Shown: positions 62,013 to 64,000 of the stretch, in pieces | Numbering within the stretch: position 1 is the first letter of the stretch | How the letters are laid out: each line of letters begins with the position of its first letter | Assembly: GCA_963796105.1 (NCBI GenBank) | Contig: CAWCKJ010000002.1 | Location: 320,001 to 384,000 of the forward strand | Origin: a candidate division FCPU426 bacterium | GTDB lineage: Bacteria; Oederibacteriota; Muellerivitia; Muellerivitales; Muellerivitaceae | Direction of reading: 5' to 3' | DNA length: 64,000 bases | The notes under the pieces: generated by a model | What the model was told of the DNA's origin: nothing | Databases searched by the model: none | Seen by the model: the letters and a program-made list of their open reading frames with translations, nothing else | Translations under genes and position numbers: made by a program

Positions 62013-63979
62013 CGCTGTTCCTCTCGGGAATAGCATTGCTGGCGGTAAGCGCCCTGGCCGCACTACTTTCGGGACGTTCCGCTAAGGTTTCCACTCTTCT
62101 TGGCGCGGGCGGGGCGGCGGCAGGCTGCGCTTTGGCTTTGATCCCGGCGGTCATGGGTCTTCTTGGCGCGCCCGATTCCATTCGGTTTCCCTGGGGACTT
62201 CCCGGCGGTTCCTTTTACGCGGAGATCGACCCCCTTTCAGCCTTCTTTCTTGTTCCCATCCTCGGACTCTCGCTGGTCTCGGCAATCTATGGAAGCCAAT
62301 ACATGATGGCTTTTGCCGGAAAGAAATCCCTCGGCGCAAGCTGGTTCTTCTACAACTTCCTGGTCGCGGGAATGGCCATGGCGGTCGTGGCCCGTAACGC
62401 GGTACTTTTTCTGGTGGCTTGGGAAGTGATGGCCCTGGCGTCCTTTTTCCTCGTCACCTTCGAGAATGAGAAACCGGAGGCGCGCGAGGCGGGATGGATC
62501 TACCTGGTGGCCACCCATATCGGGACAGCGTTCCTCTTGGTTTTCTTCCTGCTGGGCGGAGGGGAATCGCTTGACTTCGATAAATTCTCCGCCGGAAACC
62601 AGCCTGGCCTTCTCTTCATCCTGGCCGTCGTGGGTTTCGGTACCAAGGCAGGTTTCATGCCCCTTCATGTCTGGCTTCCCGAGGCGCACCCGGCCGCCCC
62701 CAGCCACGTGTCGGCGGTCATGTCAGGCGTCATGATCAAGACGGGAATCTACGGCATCCTGCGGGCCTTGACCCTCCTGGGACAGCCGCCAGCCTGGTGG
62801 GGCTGGGTGCTGGTGGCGATTGGCTTCTCCTCGGGAATTTTGGGGGTCCTATTCGCCCTGGCCCAGCATGACCTGAAGCGCCTATTGGCCTACCACAGCG
62901 TGGAAAATATCGGCATCATCACCCTCGGCCTCGGGGCCGGGATGCTCGGGGTCAGCTACCACTCGCCGGTTCTCGCGGTCCTGGGTTTCGGGGGAGGGCT
63001 TCTGCACGTCGTGAACCACGCCCTGTTCAAGGGACTCTTGTTCCTGGGGGCGGGGGCTGTCGCCCATGGGACGGGAACCAGGGAAATAGACCGGCTGGGG
63101 GGCCTGCTGAAACGCATGCCCTGGACCGGAACCACCTTCCTCGCGGGAGCGGCCGCCATCTCGGGACTGCCCCCCTTCAACGGATTCATCAGCGAGTTCC
63201 TTATCTATATGGGAGGCTTTGGGGCCATCCAGGGAATGCCGGTGGAATGCGTCTTGGGAATCATCGTCATCGGGTCACTGGCCTTGATCGGGGGACTGGC
63301 AGCGGCTTGTTTCGCCAAGGCCTTCGGCATTGTCTTCCTGGGGGAGCCCCGGGCGCCTGAGGCATCGAGCGCCCATGAGGCTGGATGGTGGATGAGACTG
63401 CCCATGCTATTGCTCGCCCTCGCCTGCCTCGGCATAGGGCTTTCGGGCGGATATGTCCTGAGGATTTTGGGACCTACCATCACCCAAGTATCGGGTTATC
63501 CCGCCGCAATGACCGCCGGGCACCTTTCCTCCACTTCTTCACTACTGACCCTCCTTTCGGCAGGGGCAGGATGCCTCCTCGGGCTAATCCTCATCCTGGC
63601 CTGGCTGAGAAAAGCCCTCCTTCACGGCGGCGAAATCGGGAGCGCCGTGACCTGGGACTGCGGTTACGCGAGGCCCTCGGCCACGATGCAATATACCGCA
63701 TCCTCTTTCGCCCAACCCCTCGTCACCCTCTTTGGTTTCCTGCTCCGAGTGAAAAGGAAAGCCGCGCCGGTGGAGGGATTGTTTCCCCAAAAAACCGCCT
63801 TCTCGACGCACTCCGAGGACCCGGCCCACCAGGAAATGTACCGGCCCCTCTTTCTTTGGCTGGAGCGTACAGCTAACCGCTTGAAAGTGATCCAGCACGG
63901 AAGGCTCAACCTCTATCTTCTCAACGTGGTCCTGACCCTCTTGGCCCTTCTTCTTTGGGAGTTCCTATGGCCCTCCTAA
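62009..63979 (+). CDS. hyfB: Hydrogenase-4 component B-like proton-translocating membrane subunit
   Basis: KAGFMPLHVWLPEAHPAAPSHVSAVMSG, KRLLAYHSVENIGII, TWDCGY...MQYTASSFAQP. Confidence 0.88.
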   Translation: MTLFLSGIALLAVSALAALLSGRSAKVSTLLGAGGAAAGCALALIPAVMGLLGAPDSIRFPWGLPGGSFYAEIDPLSAFFLVPILGLSLVSAIYGSQYMMAFAGKKSLGASWFFYNFLVAGMAMAVVARNAVLFLVAWEVMALASFFLVTFENEKPEAREAGWIYLVATHIGTAFLLVFFLLGGGESLDFDKFSAGNQPGLLFILAVVGFGTKAGFMPLHVWLPEAHPAAPSHVSAVMSGVMIKTGIYGILRALTLLGQPPAWWGWVLVAIGFSSGILGVLFALAQHDLKRLLAYHSVENIGIITLGLGAGMLGVSYHSPVLAVLGFGGGLLHVVNHALFKGLLFLGAGAVAHGTGTREIDRLGGLLKRMPWTGTTFLAGAAAISGLPPFNGFISEFLIYMGGFGAIQGMPVECVLGIIVIGSLALIGGLAAACFAKAFGIVFLGEPRAPEASSAHEAGWWMRLPMLLLALACLGIGLSGGYVLRILGPTITQVSGYPAAMTAGHLSSTSSLLTLLSAGAGCLLGLILILAWLRKALLHGGEIGSAVTWDCGYARPSATMQYTASSFAQPLVTLFGFLLRVKRKAAPVEGLFPQKTAFSTHSEDPAHQEMYRPLFLWLERTANRLKVIQHGRLNLYLLNVVLTLLALLLWEFLWPS

Positions 63980-64000
63980 GCGCCCTCATCCTGTCCCCGT

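Overview
A 64-kb bacterial chromosomal window from a diderm organism, judged by its outer-membrane barrels and lipoproteins. The Thr/Pro-rich proteins with YPNP-type C-terminal domains are reminiscent of candidate phylum FCPU426 genomes, but that is only an impression. Ordinary content: surface and secreted proteins, redox genes, cysK and a rhodanese, a galE-galT-kinase cluster and the start of a hydrogenase-4-like operon. There is a type I-C-like CRISPR-Cas locus with 47 repeats. Its cas3 is split by an IS1595-family element with an 8-bp target duplication, and its cas7 is frameshifted. The four most unusual signals are: (1) five co-oriented accessory modules at 26-31.3 kb, one of them a toxin-antitoxin pair, separated by six copies of a 28-bp quasi-palindromic site with mixed arms, like an integron or pdif cassette array but with a site I do not recognise and no recombinase in the window; (2) three tandem small secreted proteins containing short motifs that resemble Hcp/tail-tube proteins; (3) a 52-bp tandem array rich in TGGAAC (like a parS half-site) directly upstream of a ParB-HTH/membrane/PDZ fusion gene; (4) a two-copy, roughly 110-nt non-coding element with compensatory base changes. 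All assignments are by eye from motifs; no database searches were run.
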